Under the pieces are notes generated by a model, which saw only the letters and a program-made list of their open reading frames with translations, was not told the origin of the DNA and ran no database searches. From contig NC_057711.1 of assembly GCF_004010195.1 (NCBI RefSeq), positions 80,016,566 through 80,080,565 of the forward strand: a stretch of DNA of 64,000 nucleotides, read 5' to 3'. The DNA is from Chiloscyllium plagiosum (Eukaryota). Of the stretch, positions 11,437 to 23,400 are shown in pieces (positions within the stretch are counted from its first letter, which is position 1; every line of letters begins with the position of its first letter). A program made the position numbers and the translations under genes.

Positions 11437-12400
11437 TAGGTGATGATGTAGTGGTATTGCACTGGACTAGTAAGCCCAGCATAATGTCCTGGACATCTGG
11501 GATTAAAAGTCCAGTAATGAGTATGAAAACATTGCTGATGGTTGCAAACACCCATCTGGTTCACTATATCCTTTATAGGTGAGAATTGTCATTCTTAACA
11601 GTCCGGCCTAGATGTGACCCAGAGCCAGATTGATGTAGTTGACTCTTAACTGCCTCTGAAATGGGCCTTCAATTGTGTCAGACAGCAACAACATTTCAAA
11701 AAAGTGGTAAAGCCAAACTGACTATGACACTGGAAACAAGAATGACAAACTCAGTACTGTTGACTCTGCAAAGTCCTCCTTCCCAGCATCTGGTGATTAG
11801 TGCCAAAATTGGGACAGCAGTCTTGCAAACTAGGCAAAAGTGAGGACTGCAGATGCTGGAGATTAGAGTCAAAACTGGAAAAGCACAGCAGGTCAGGCAG
11901 CATCCGTGGAACAGGAGAATTGTTGTTTCGGGCAAAAGCCCTTCTAACAGTCGCATATACATATACTCACAGAATCGTACCACACATGTGATTTCCTAGA
12001 TTTGTCCTTGCATTTGTTCTGTCCCACCAGCAGGTCAGTCACAGCAGAGGTTATAGCATTATGGTGTACAACCAGGAAGAAGCTGCCTTAGAGTCCTCAG
12101 CATTGTCTCCAGATGCCATGGAGTCTCCTAGCATCAAGTCAAATATGGGCAATAAAACCTTCTGCTGATTACTGTGTATTGCCCTCCATACCTCCACCAG
12201 TCAGTTGATGAATCAGCAATCGCTCATATTGAGCAACACTTGGAGGAAACAAGGGCACAGAATGTACTCTGGATGGGGGTTTTCAATGCCCACCATCAGT
12301 ACTGGCTGCACTTTAGACCATGTTATTTGAGTCTGTTAGATTGAATCTGTGGCAGATGTTGAGGGAACCAACAAGAGAGAAAAGCTATGCTTGATCATAG
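11437..12400 (+). mobile_element. 5' part of an unassigned APE-RT LINE: tRNA-like SINE-type head followed by a decayed AP-endonuclease frame
   Basis: Head 11437-11690 resembles the SINEs at ~32030 and ~54410 (cccatctggttcacta...tccttta). It is followed by AKSS..IW.LVPKLG, ILTESY and RAQNVLWMG.FNAHHQ, which are APE-like motifs. Confidence 0.65.
11836..11946 (-). mobile_element. PLE-derived short terminal repeat inserted in the LINE
   Basis: aaagtgaggactgcagatgctggag...gtttcgggcaaaagccctt is the reverse complement of the 24466/50311 family. Confidence 0.85.
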
Positions 12401-12602
12401 CCTAACGAATCAATATGGTTGAGGAAAGAGGAAGCATGTTGGATGGATAAGATTAGGTCAGAAAATATCTAATTGATTTTGAGACAAAAGAGATCAAAAA
12501 CAAATTACTTAACATATTTTATATGGGATGGTAAATAAATTATATTAGCAGATTTCATTGATTTGCAGTGAAGGCTATGGTCTCAGCCTCACTATATTTA
12601 CT

Positions 12603-13954
12603 TAGAGACAAAACAAAACTGCAGACGCTGGTACTGTTCTCCAACTCTTCCACCATTACATCGATTACTGCATCTCTGCTGCATCCTGCACCCAGACTGA
12701 ACTGAAGCAGTTCATCAACTATGCCAACAATTTCCACCCAGCCCTTAAATTCACTTGGTCTTTCCCAGAGACTCCCATTACAACTGGGACTATACCTCCT
12801 CTGACTCCGTATCCTGCAAATACTCCATCCCATTTTCTCAATTCCTCCCTCTCCGTTGCATCTGCTGTGATGAGATGTTCTACTCCAAAGCATTCCAGTT
12901 GTCCACCTATTTTAAACAATGTGTTTTTCCCACTCCGTCATCCAGGTAGTCCTTCACTGCACCTCCTGCATTCCCTGCTCCACTGCTCTAAACCCCACCC
13001 AGTCCAAACATAATAAAGGCAAGGTTGCTTTTGTCCTCACCTACCACCCCACCAGTCTACACATCCAATGTATCATCCTCAAACACTTTTGACAACTCCA
13101 ACTAGACCCCACCACCAAGAACATCTTCCCCTCCCCACCCTCTCTGCCTTCTGCAAGGACCATCCCCTTTGCCAATCCCTGGTTCACACCACCCTCCTCA
13201 CCAATCCCCCCGCACGTCCCAGTACCTTGTCCTGCAACCATAAAAGATGTAAAACCTGCCAGTGCACCACCATATCCCTCACTTCCATCCAAAGCTCCAA
13301 ACAGTCCTTCCAAGTGAGTCAGAAGTTCACCAGCCTCTTCTCTAACCTAGTTTACTGTATCCAGTGCTCCTGATGTGATCTTCTCTACATTGATGAGACC
13401 AAACATAAACCAAAGGCACGTTTCACAGAGTATCTAAACCAGACCCATAAGGGCAAGCCTGACCTCCCAGTGACTGCCCATTTCAATTCCCCTTCCCACT
13501 CCCTCTCTGACATGTCCATACTTGGTCTTCTCCATGGCCACAGCGAATCAAACGCAAATTGGAGGAGCAACATCTCATATTTCGCTTGGGCAGCCTACAG
13601 CCTGGATGACTTTACATTGAGTTCTCCAGTTTTAAATAACCTTCCCACCCATCCCCCAACTCCCTTTCCAGCTTCATGTCCTCCCTTCCATCCCTCTGAC
13701 CAACCTGTCCTTCCGACTACCAACCAGATTCATTCCTCCTATTGACCTACCCCCCAGGTCGTACGTACTGCCTGTACTCACCTATCACCAACTCACCACT
13801 CCGCCCCTCTCCCCACCTTTAAACCCTCACTTTTATCTGCAACTCTCTCAACCCCCATTTCCATTCCTGAATAAGGGTTGTATCCAAAATGCCGACTTCT
13901 TCACCTCCAGATGCTGCCTGGCCTGCTGTGTTCTTCCAGCCTCCTGCTTGCCTA
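12603..13954 (+). mobile_element. Penelope-like element (Neptune-type, Cys-rich linker), 5'-truncated
   Basis: RT remnant HYIDYCI...FINYANNFHPALKFTW; linker CNHKRCKTC; GIY-YIG NLVYCIQCS*CDLLYIDETK; terminal repeat 13863-13954; 15-bp TSD ctcactatatttact at 12588-12602 and 13955-13969. Confidence 0.9.
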
Positions 13955-14269
13955 CTCACTATATTTACTACCAGACAGATTAAGTAACTCTAACAGACTA
14001 AACTCTGCTGATAATTGCATTCTGTTATACAACTCGCTTGATTTTGGGATGATGACGGTGAATTTTAGATGTTGCATCAGAATCAATTCTACTTTCAGGA
14101 GCTAATGAATTCAGCCCCATTAAGGTTTGAGAAGCACAGTATCCTATCACTACATTATATGAGGTAAATCAAATTTTCACCCTTGAGTCAGTAGGCTGTA
14201 ATTTCAAGTTCCGTTTCAGAAAATTGACCACTGGATTGTAATTTATGCTGTTTTTCTGCCACAAGTGGG

Positions 14270-14910
14270 ATATTGTCCTTCATTGCTTAAAGGGATGGAG
14301 TTTAAATATAGGGAGGCTATGCAGCTGTATAAGGTGCTGGTGAGGCTACAGACAGAGTACTGTGTACAATTTTGGTCTCTTTACTAAAGGAGGGATGTAC
14401 TGGCACTGGAGTGGGTGCAGAGGAAATTCACTAGGTTGATTCCGGAATTGACAGGGTTGGCTTATGAGGAGAGATTGAGTAGGGAGGGATTCTATGCATT
14501 GGAATTTAGAAGAATGAGGGGAGATCTTATAGAAGCATATAAAATTATGAAGGGAATAGATAAGATAGAAGCAGGGAGGTTGTTTCCCCTGGTGGGTGAA
14601 ACCTGAACTAGGGGGCATAGCCTCAAAATTAGGAGGAACAGACTTAGGACTGAGTTGAGGAAGAATTACTTCACTCAAAGGGTTGTGAATCTGTGGAAGT
14701 TTCTGCCCAGTGAAGCAGTTGAAACTAGCTTGTTGAATGTTTCTAAGGCAAAGGTAGGTAGATTTTTGAACAGTAAAGGAGCTAAAGTTATGGTGAGTGA
14801 ACGGGTAAGTGGAGCTAAGTCCATGCAAAGATCAGCTATGATCTCACTGAATGGCGGAGCAGGCTAATCAGGCCAGAAGGTCTACTTCTGCTCCTACTTC
14901 TTATGTTCTT
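14270..14910 (+). mobile_element. CR1 LINE 3' fragment
   Basis: QRKFTRLIP...LEFRRMRGDLIEAYKIMKGIDK; RKNYFTQRVVNLW; tail cttatgttctta. Confidence 0.92.
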
Positions 14911-14924
14911 ACATTTCCAATGCG

Positions 14925-15222
14925 CTGATGAGTCAAGGCTTTTGTCTATCCTTTCCGGTGGGTGTAAAACATCTATTGGCCCATTACGAAAAAGGGTAGG
15001 GAAGTGCTCATCAGAGCCTAGCTAAATTTATCCCTCAAACAAAACCATTATGCTGAGAATATCTGGTTATTATCACATTGCTGTTGTGGGAGGTTGCTAT
15101 GTAAAATTGGATGCTGAGCTTCTTACACTGAGGAAAGTGACTTCAAAATACATTTTTCACTACAGAGTACTTTAGGATGCCCTGAAGTCATGAAACGTGC
15201 TAGTTAAATGCAGCTTCTTTGT
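14925..15222 (+). mobile_element. SacSINE1/DeuSINE-type SINE (Deu domain and tail)
   Basis: aatttatccctcaa...tatctggttattatcacattgctgttgtgggag...tttaggatgccctgaagtcatgaaacgtgctagttaaatgcag matches my recollection of the shark SacSINE1 consensus. Confidence 0.75.
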
Positions 15223-16761
15223 TTCTTCTTTCCATGCCAACCCTGGCATTAACTTATTGGAATCAGTGCCCAGCACTGGAGAGTTTTCCTCGGCCTAGCA
15301 CTGAAGCAGTTGGCCTGATTGGACCAAGCCCTGGCACCAGAGAGAGACAGAGGCAAGAAATCCCAATCACTACCATTCCTCAAAGGAATGCACGCCACTT
15401 TGAAATGTGCCAATTTCTGCAGCTATTGCTGTATTTTTCAGTCTTTCTGAAAGCTCATTGGGGAAAAGAAAATGGCTGCCAAGATCCTTCACAGGCAAGA
15501 GGAAAATGGAGATTGGAAATAGATGCTGCGGGGAAGAGACAGCTTGGCCAACCTTGTCTGTGATGGATGACAGATGGTGTGCTATTTACTCTGTTCTGAT
15601 GATCTGACATATTAAAAATCAAGAATGAGTGATAAAAATAGCTAAACTTGGAGTAGAAGTCTGCAAATACATCAAATAGTTGGGAATAAAGAACAGAAAA
15701 TATACTTTAAAACATACTCAAAAAAGTTTCTGTCTTTTTTAAGGAGTTTCTGTTTCAAGGAGTTTTTTTAAAAAAGACTGCATGTGGAATTTCTCTATAA
15801 ATCCATTCAAAATTGGTGAACATTAATTTGCTGGCCTGAACCTATTCTAAGTGGATGGAAGATTAGGTTGTATCTTACTTATAAATGTCACAACAAACAT
15901 CAATATTTAAATGAAGTTTTTCCAGATTTTTATGGAACACCAAACAAACATCACATGTTGTGCAAAATTATCAAGACTCTGCTGACTTTTACCTTTACCT
16001 TGTTTCCTGATCTCACTTGTTCCTTCAGAGCAAACAGTGGCAGGAATGGCAAATGGAAAATTTGTCATTGTGTACACATTTGTGTCACAAGCCTTGAAAA
16101 TATTACAACAACCAGTGATCTTTTGACAGGTTCACAGCTCTAAGCCAAGTTGCTTGTAAATTAGCGAAGAATATCTGTAAAGTTATAAGTTAGTTATTAA
16201 CGTGGAGGATAATTTGGTGCGTTCGCAATCTCCATTAATTAACCGTTGCCAAAACTAGAAGTTCAAAAGTTCTCCTATTTCTCTAAACAACACATTGAAT
16301 TGTGTCTGATAAAAGGAAGCATTTAATATACTTGAACTCAAGTTCTATTTTCGGTTGATTACTCCAATTCCTGTGTTGTGTCAGTTTATTCACAGATTAT
16401 TTACACCATGAAAATTCACATTCATTTGAAGACATCTGATAATTCCTTGTTAATTCTGGACTGTGAATCCTGCTGTTGACTTTGTGGGTATGGCTTTAAG
16501 CAATGCACCTCTGTGCCAGCAAATCAATGCTACCTGCCAAGAAACCAATAAATACTCATAAATCTATGATGGAATATTTTGCTTAGGCCTGAAGTAGAGC
16601 TAATTTTATTGCTGTAGATTTATGATACTGAAAACTCTGTATTCGTATATTATCAGAAGAACAAAACTGAAGGCTGAAGTTGAGAAATTCATTGTGAGAT
16701 ATATTAGTGAACAAATTCAGGGTTACTTTTGCAGCAGAATCTAATAAGACAACAATAAGAT

Positions 16762-16858
16762 TGAATTGAAAATGTGTTGCTGGAAAAGCGCAGCAGGTCA
16801 GGCTGCATCCAGGGAACAGGAGAATCGATGTTTTGGGCATAAGCCCTTCTTCAGGAAG
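16762..16858 (-). mobile_element. PLE-derived short terminal repeat
   Basis: gctggaaaagcgcagcaggtcaggctgcatcc...gggcataagcccttcttcaggaa. Confidence 0.85.
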
Positions 16859-16859
16859 G

Positions 16860-19045
16860 AGAAAAGGAGCAGAAGTAGACCGTTCAGCCCTTTGAGCAAG
16901 CTGTGCTATTCAATGTGATTATTGCTGATCATCCAAGTCTGTACCCTGTTCCTTCTTTCTCACCATTTCCTTTGACTCCTTTTTCCCTTGGAGTTTATTT
17001 GACTCTCTTTTGAAAATATTCAATATTTTCATCTCGACCACTTTCTGTGGCAGAGAATCCCACAGGATCATCACTCCCCAAGTGAAGGAATTTCTTCCCA
17101 TTTCAGTCTATGGCTTACTCTATATCCTTAGACTGTGACCATTGGTTCTAGACTCCTTGGAAACATCCTTCCCTCGTTTGCCCTGTCCAATCTTTTAGAA
17201 CCATACAGCATGGAAAGAGAACCTTGTAGCCAACTGGTCTGCACCAAACAGACAGCTCTATCTGACCCATTCCCATTTGCCCGCATTTGGTCCATATCCT
17301 TCTAAAAGCCTCCTTTTCAGATGCCTTTTACATACTGTAATTGTACAAACCTCCACCACTTCCTCTGGCAGCTCATTCCATACATGTAATCCCCTCTGTG
17401 TGAAAAGATTACCCTTCCAATCCTTTTTAAATCTTTCTCCTTTCACCTTAAACCAATTCCCTCTAGTTTTGGACTCCCCCACCAAAGGAATAAGATTTTG
17501 GCTATTCACCCTATCCATGCATTTCACGATCTTATAAACCACTATAAGGTCACCCTTCAGGCTCTGCAGCTCCAGGGAAAATACACCAGGCTATTTAGCT
17601 CTATAACTCCCTATAACTCAAATTCGTAGCCCCGGTAACATCCTTATTAACCTTTTCATCAAGTTTAACAATACCCATCCTATAGAAATGGGACCAGAAT
17701 TGTTTTCTAAAAGTGGCCTCACCAATTTCCTCACCAGCCACAACATGACATCCCAACTTCTGTGAGATCCTCTTCAATCTTCAAAAATCAGGTGAATATT
17801 TTCTTAGACAAGCTAATCTCTCTTCATACATCAGTCCTGCTATCTCAGGAATCAGCCGTGCGAAAATGAGGACTGCAGATGCTGAAGATCAGAGTCAAGA
17901 TTAGACTGGTGCTGGAAAAGCCCAGCAGATCAGACAGCATCCGAGGGGCAGGAAAATTGATGTTTCATTCAAAAGCCCTTCATCATACATTCCTGATGAA
18001 AGGCTTTACCTGAAATGTTGATTTTCCTGCCTCTCAGATGCCGCCTGACCTGTTGTGCTTTACCAGCACCAATCCAATCCTATCTCAGGAATCAGCCTAG
18101 TCAACTTTCTTTGCACTCCATCCCTCCATAGCTAAAATGTTCTTGCTTTGACGAGTAAACACAAACTGTAAACAATAATCCAAGTTTGTTTTCACCAAAA
18201 CTGTGTAAAATTTCAGCAAGAGTCCCTGTTCCTGTATTGGAATCTTCTCACTATGAAGTCAATATGTCATTTGCCGCCTTTATCGCCTGCTTACTTTTAG
18301 CAACAGTCATACAAGGTGCTGAGATCTCATTGGATTTGCCCTTTCCCAATCCATTGCCATTCAGATAATAATCCTCCTTTCTGCTTTTGCTTTTAAAGTA
18401 GATTACCTCACATTACTCCACATTATACTTCATCTTCCATGTTTTTGCCCATTCACTCAACTTGTCCAAATCACACTGAAATATCTTTTATCATCCTCAC
18501 AGCTCACCTTCCCACTGACTGCAGCCTCACAGATATGGCATTTTATCCCCTCATTTATATTATTAATGTATATTGCAAATGGATGCAAGCACTGATGCCT
18601 GTAGTATCCATGTCACTGCCTGCCATACAGAAAATTACCCATTTATTCCTCATCTCTGTTTCCTGTCTATCAGCCAATTCTGTACCCATGCCAGTCCATT
18701 GCCGCAATCTTGTGAGCTTTAATATCACAAGCTAATCTCTTTTGTGAGACTTTGTTGAAAGTCTTCTGAAAGACCAAGTAGACCACATCCACTGGCTCCC
18801 CCTTATCGACTCGACAAGTTACATCCTTGAAAAATTCCCATAAATTTGTCAACTATAATTTCCCTTTCCCAAATCCATGCTGACTCTATCTGATCCAGCC
18901 ACTGTGTTACAAGTGCTGTGCTGTTAAATCTTTTAGAATGGACTGTAGCATTTTCCCCCTTACTGATGTTAAGTTAACCAGTCTATAATTCCCAATTTTC
19001 TCTCTAACTCCTTTTTTAAATAGTGGGGATACATTAGCTACCTGT
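16860..19045 (-). mobile_element. CR1 LINE 3' half, interrupted by a second CR1 3' fragment (~17197-17760) and a palindromic PLE-derived insert (17858-18079)
   Basis: ORFs 16919-17101, 17258-17542 (VYKIVK.MDRV...LFTQR..HVWNELPEEVVE) and 18670-18852 (TNLWEFFKDVTCRVDKGEPVDVVYL.FQK.F.KV). Confidence 0.88.
17858..18079. mobile_element. Palindromic PLE-derived insertion with 18-bp TSD
   Basis: Inverted copy ~17863-17985 followed by forward copy ~17988-18079; TSD ctatctcaggaatcagcc at 17840-17857 and 18080-18097; CTGATGA at 17993-17999. Confidence 0.9.
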
Positions 19046-19329
19046 ATCACCAAGCAACACTCAAGATTAGCAACAGCAATCTGCTCATGCTATAATTAAT
19101 AATATACAAACTCTTTTTTCCCTTTGTATTAAGCTGTGATGTGGGGTTGTCAATAATTCCAGTGTCGAGCTCTATTCACAAATGTTCCTGAATGACATGC
19201 AAATGAACTTGAACAGTTCCACGCAGACATGTGCCTGGTAAGATTTACATACAAACATTCAGAAATGATAGCTGGAGGAAGATCAACTTGCCCCTTAAAA
19301 CTGTTTAAGATTCATGATAGTTGGACTAT

Positions 19330-20700
19330 CATGTCTAGACACTTCCCATCTACCATAATCATCTTCTGGGAAAGGGAAACAGTGTGAATACTTGGCAACC
19401 ATAGCTTGTTGCTGGTCTGAGGGGCATTGATGTTGTCACTGGGCACCAACATCTCAGGCATGATCTGTAGGCACCAGTTACACCACCCAACATCCACATG
19501 TTCCAGCCTTCAGCAATCCTTATGGTACAGCTCCGATCCATATATAAAACACTTCTGCATTCCAGCTCAGACTAGAGCAGGCTGCACCTCTGGTCTATTC
19601 ACTTGCTGTCATTATGTTCACTTGCATGCTCACAGCATCCCTGCATTGCATTGCCTTGCCGTTTTACAATTTACCTCCCCTGCCAGCGATACCAGGCCTG
19701 TTGGTTAGTACAGACACAAAGCCAGGAAGTTTGCTCTGGTCATCAGCTGGCCTCAGTTCAGGTTCAGGTTCAGCTTTCGCTCAGATATTCCAGTATAGTA
19801 AGTCAGTAGCTGGCTGGAATACCATTGCAGGGTCTTGGACATGGTCAGTCAGCCATGTGAAATGGTCAGAGTCAGGATTCTCTTGAGATAAGGGTGAGAA
19901 GATGAATGTCACGCAGCACATCATCCATCCTGACTCTTCCTGCCCCATTGTGGGCTGTTTTCTTCCTGGAATGAGAGGTAGGCAAGTATTGATGGAGACA
20001 AAAATGGGTGGCACAGTTATTACTTCTGGTGCAGGTGGGGAGATGTCCTGGGTGAGAGTAGGCAATGCAGAAGGCTTGCAGAGTTAATGATGTCTGGGTT
20101 TGGTATGGGAGACAGTGAGTGAGGGAAGATGCTACAAGCAATAGTGAGAGTGGTAGAGTATGAGCCATGGTGGGAGATGGGTACAGTAGCAGTGATAGAG
20201 TGAGTTTGAGCTATTAAAGAGAAGCTAATGGCACTTACACCAGCAGAGTTGAGAACATCATTAATGTTCTTCACACATTACTGTGCATTTTTCCAAACAT
20301 CTGAGACTGCACTGACCTGGGTGCCAAATTCAGACGAGGCTGGCATAGTCTGGTACTGGCTCCGTGGGAAGAGGACTTCTTGCCGGGGCACCATCCAGCA
20401 GGACCTCCAGATTGTGTTCCACAAAGCAGGGTACCACATTTCCCCTGTCTGCCACATCCTGGTCAAATGCAGGGCAGCTCTGTATAAATAGCACTTGTCC
20501 TGCTGCACAATACAATCTTAAGGATACCTCCCATCCAGGGATGCCTGTCAATGCAAGAATATCCGAGGCTGTGGCAAGTAATTCTAGGAGTGGCAGGTGG
20601 TAAAATGAGAAACACCACTGGAGCAGGGTAGATTGTTAATGAGGTGAGTTTGGTAAGATACGGCAAGAAATTGTGTTCAGAAATATGGCAAAAATCGCTC
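19330..20700 (-). mobile_element. PIF/Harbinger relic with spliced Myb/SANT (trihelix) ORF2
   Basis: Exon ~20457-20239: ADRGNVVPCFVEHNLEVLLDG../RQEVLFP..YQTMPASSEFGTQVSAVSDVWKNAQ*CVKNINDVLNSAG|gtaagt. Acceptor cattccag at 19966, then KKTAHNGAGRVRM..DIHLLT. Confidence 0.75.
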
Positions 20701-21264
20701 TACAAACTCAACTTAGCCGAAGTAACATTAGACTCAGTCCACTGTTTCTAATCCAATATGATTGCTATTTGAAACCAAAGAGACAGTTAAATCTCAGAAG
20801 CTTGTCTTGATGTCATGTTAGTGGCACAGGAGAAAGAGTCTTTCATATTCCTCAGGGATTTCTTGTCTCTAGTAAGGCCTTTGCAGACATAGCATCTCCT
20901 TCCCTATGAAGTGGACAGCTTAGTAATATAGATGTAACTTCTTTTTCAACTGTCATTTTAAAATGTCTCTTTTTTAAAGTTCAGGTTTCCAGCTATTGAA
21001 TTAAAAATCATTAATTGATAAAAGCATACCTTTATGAGTCAAAAAACATTGTGGTCCTTGAGGAAACACAGACAAACATTGAAGGAGAGGACATGATTAG
21101 GCAATGGGGAAAGAGTAGGGCCGTGGGATTAGTATTTAAATCTTGTGTTAGATAGCTAACTTGAGATTAAATGGTCTCTTCGGGGCTTCTAAACTTTGGT
21201 TCTATTTATACTTCTAACCTGCATTTAACTTTGGATGCATGAGTGAGGATCCAGAAAAACCATG

Positions 21265-21512
21265 ACTTCAAAATTCTCATCCTTGTTTTGAAATCCCTCC
21301 ATGGCCTTTTCCATCCCTCTCATTAATCTCCTCCAATCCTCCCCCTGTCTGTGACCTCTGCACTTCTTCAATTCAGCCACCTGCTACATTACCAGTTTTC
21401 AGCAAAAGGCATTGACTGCCTCGGATCTAAGCTCTGGAACTCTCTCCTTAAATCTCTTCATCTTTCCACTTCTTTTTTCCTTAAAGATGTTATCATAATA
21501 TTTTGACCAAGT
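21265..21512 (+). mobile_element. L2 LINE 3' fragment
   Basis: ttcaaaattctcatccttgttttgaaatccctccatggcc encodes FKILILVLKSLHG; later aagctctggaactctctccttaaa. Confidence 0.7.
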
Positions 21513-21517
21513 TATTT

Positions 21518-21700
21518 TTATTTATTCATGGGATGTGGGCATCTCTGGCTAGGCCAGCATTTATTGACTATCCCTAATTGCCCTATAGAAGGGAGTAGTA
21601 AGCTGTCTACTTGAACCACTGCAATCCTTGGAGTGTAGCTTCATCCACAATGCTGTTGAAATTACAAGGAATTTAACCCAGCAACAGTGAAGGAATAGAA
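21518..21700 (-). mobile_element. 3' end of the unassigned APE-RT LINE/SINE family
   Basis: ttcatgggatgtgggcatctctggctaggccagcatttattg...ccctaattgccc; reverse complement of the tails at ~33900 and ~53730. Confidence 0.75.
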
Positions 21701-23400
21701 ACGTGATGGCAGCTGCCTGGGTCTGCATGGCAGCAAGTTGTGTTTGCATAGCATGTAGAGATTGCATATCATCAGCCTGAGTTTCCACAGCAACATCCTA
21801 GGTTCACTAATAATACGGGGGGGGGGGGGAGGATTATTTTATGAGTAAAGATTAAACATGTCTGGATTCCACTCATTGTATTTAGAAGAATGAGATGTGA
21901 CCTCATTGAAACATACCAAGTTCTTAAGTGGCTCGACTGGATAAATGCTAAGAGGATGTTTCTCATCATGGGAGAGTCTAAGGCCAGTGGATAAAGAGAT
22001 GCCAATTAAAATTGGAGGAATTTCTTCTCTCAGAGGGTTGTGGGTCTTTGGAATATCTTGTCAGAGAGAGCTGTGGGAACAGAGTCCCTGTGTATATTTA
22101 AGGCTGACTTAGATAGATTCTTGATCAGTAGGGGAAATCAAGGGGAATGGGCAGGGAAGTGGACATGAGGAATGTCAGATCAGTCATGATCCTATTGAAT
22201 TGTGAAGCAGGGTCAAGGGGTCATACAGCCTGCTTCTGTTCATATTTCATGTGATTTTATATTCTTATGATCTTATAGACACTGGAACCACCGGCTTCTG
22301 CCAGTACTCAATGGAAATAGAGTAATTGGCTAAGAGCTCATTAAAGGTGGTATGCAACATTGAGAAGATTGGACACCGGGTTCTGTGAATCCTGGGTTCC
22401 ACATTGATGCAGGCACTTCATGACATTGCGCACAAATGTTCTAGCAGATCCATCAATGCATCAAGCAGTTCATTCTGCATACCTTTCAGCCTCCACTGTT
22501 TGCTGTCCTATCAATGACTTTGTTTGAGTACCCTACAGCAGTGCCCTGTGTGAATTGCACTGCCCTTGACCCCTGATCTGAATGCATGTCAGGTGAGCTC
22601 AGTGTCCCATCATATGAAGATCCCACATCCATGTCATTCTCTAAAGTACATGCAGTGTCAATAGCTGAGATTGTAGCTAAAAGAACAAGAACATTCATGA
22701 TGTTTTTATTCTTACACAACTCTTCCAAAGCTTGTTCTTCTTTGGTTTGTTTTGTCTCATTGTAATTATTGAGTGAAAGGATGAAACTACAAGTATAAAT
22801 TCATGATGAGGGGTTGGGGAAAATAAGAGATGCATACCTACTGTTACAATTTGTAAATCAGAGAAGATTGCAATGTGGGATAAGTGTAATGTTAGCAATT
22901 GGATATTTGAGGTACTTCAACTTTACTCCAGCCTCAGCTGTGACAATTCCAATGATGACAACCATTTCCGCTGTTGCAATGTGCAGTGTGAGGTTAGTGG
23001 TTCAATTGGTAGAATGCCATTTGAAATTTAATTCAGTTACCTTAACAATTTGTGTGAAGTTATCAAACTTTTTTAACTGCATTGCTTCCAGGCTGGAATC
23101 CTGACTTTGACCTCCACAGCTGCCTCTCTCACTGTCCTTTCAAACTTTGTTTGGATGGCTTCTTGGACCCCTGTGAGGAGACAACCCCTTTGCACCTTGC
23201 TACCTTCTGCACCTCCTTCCCATATTGTGCAGAGTCAGAACATTTCAGAATCTGCTCTTTGCCATGTCGTGTCATTATTGAGTGTTTCCCATGACACTTT
23301 TGGAACAACTTCTTGCTACATCCACATTCCATCCACAATTTTCATTTTCTTTAAGAGGTGCCAGCTTTCAGTGCAAAGTAGTTTTAACTTGTGCTAGCCC
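21700..23400 (-). mobile_element. PIF/Harbinger ORF2 (Myb/SANT) relic, interrupted by a CR1 fragment
   Basis: MTRHGKEQILKCSDSA...SQGSKKPSKQSLKGQ*...WKQCS/KKFDNFTQIVK|gtaact (~23275-23041); later pieces LATISAIDTACTLE (22486-22728 ORF) and MQTQLAAMQTQAAAI (~21705-21788). Confidence 0.65.
21862..22275 (+). mobile_element. CR1 LINE 3' fragment
   Basis: tttagaagaatgagatgtgacctcattgaaacatac; ggaatttcttctctcagagggttgtg; tail tcttatgatcttat. Confidence 0.88.
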
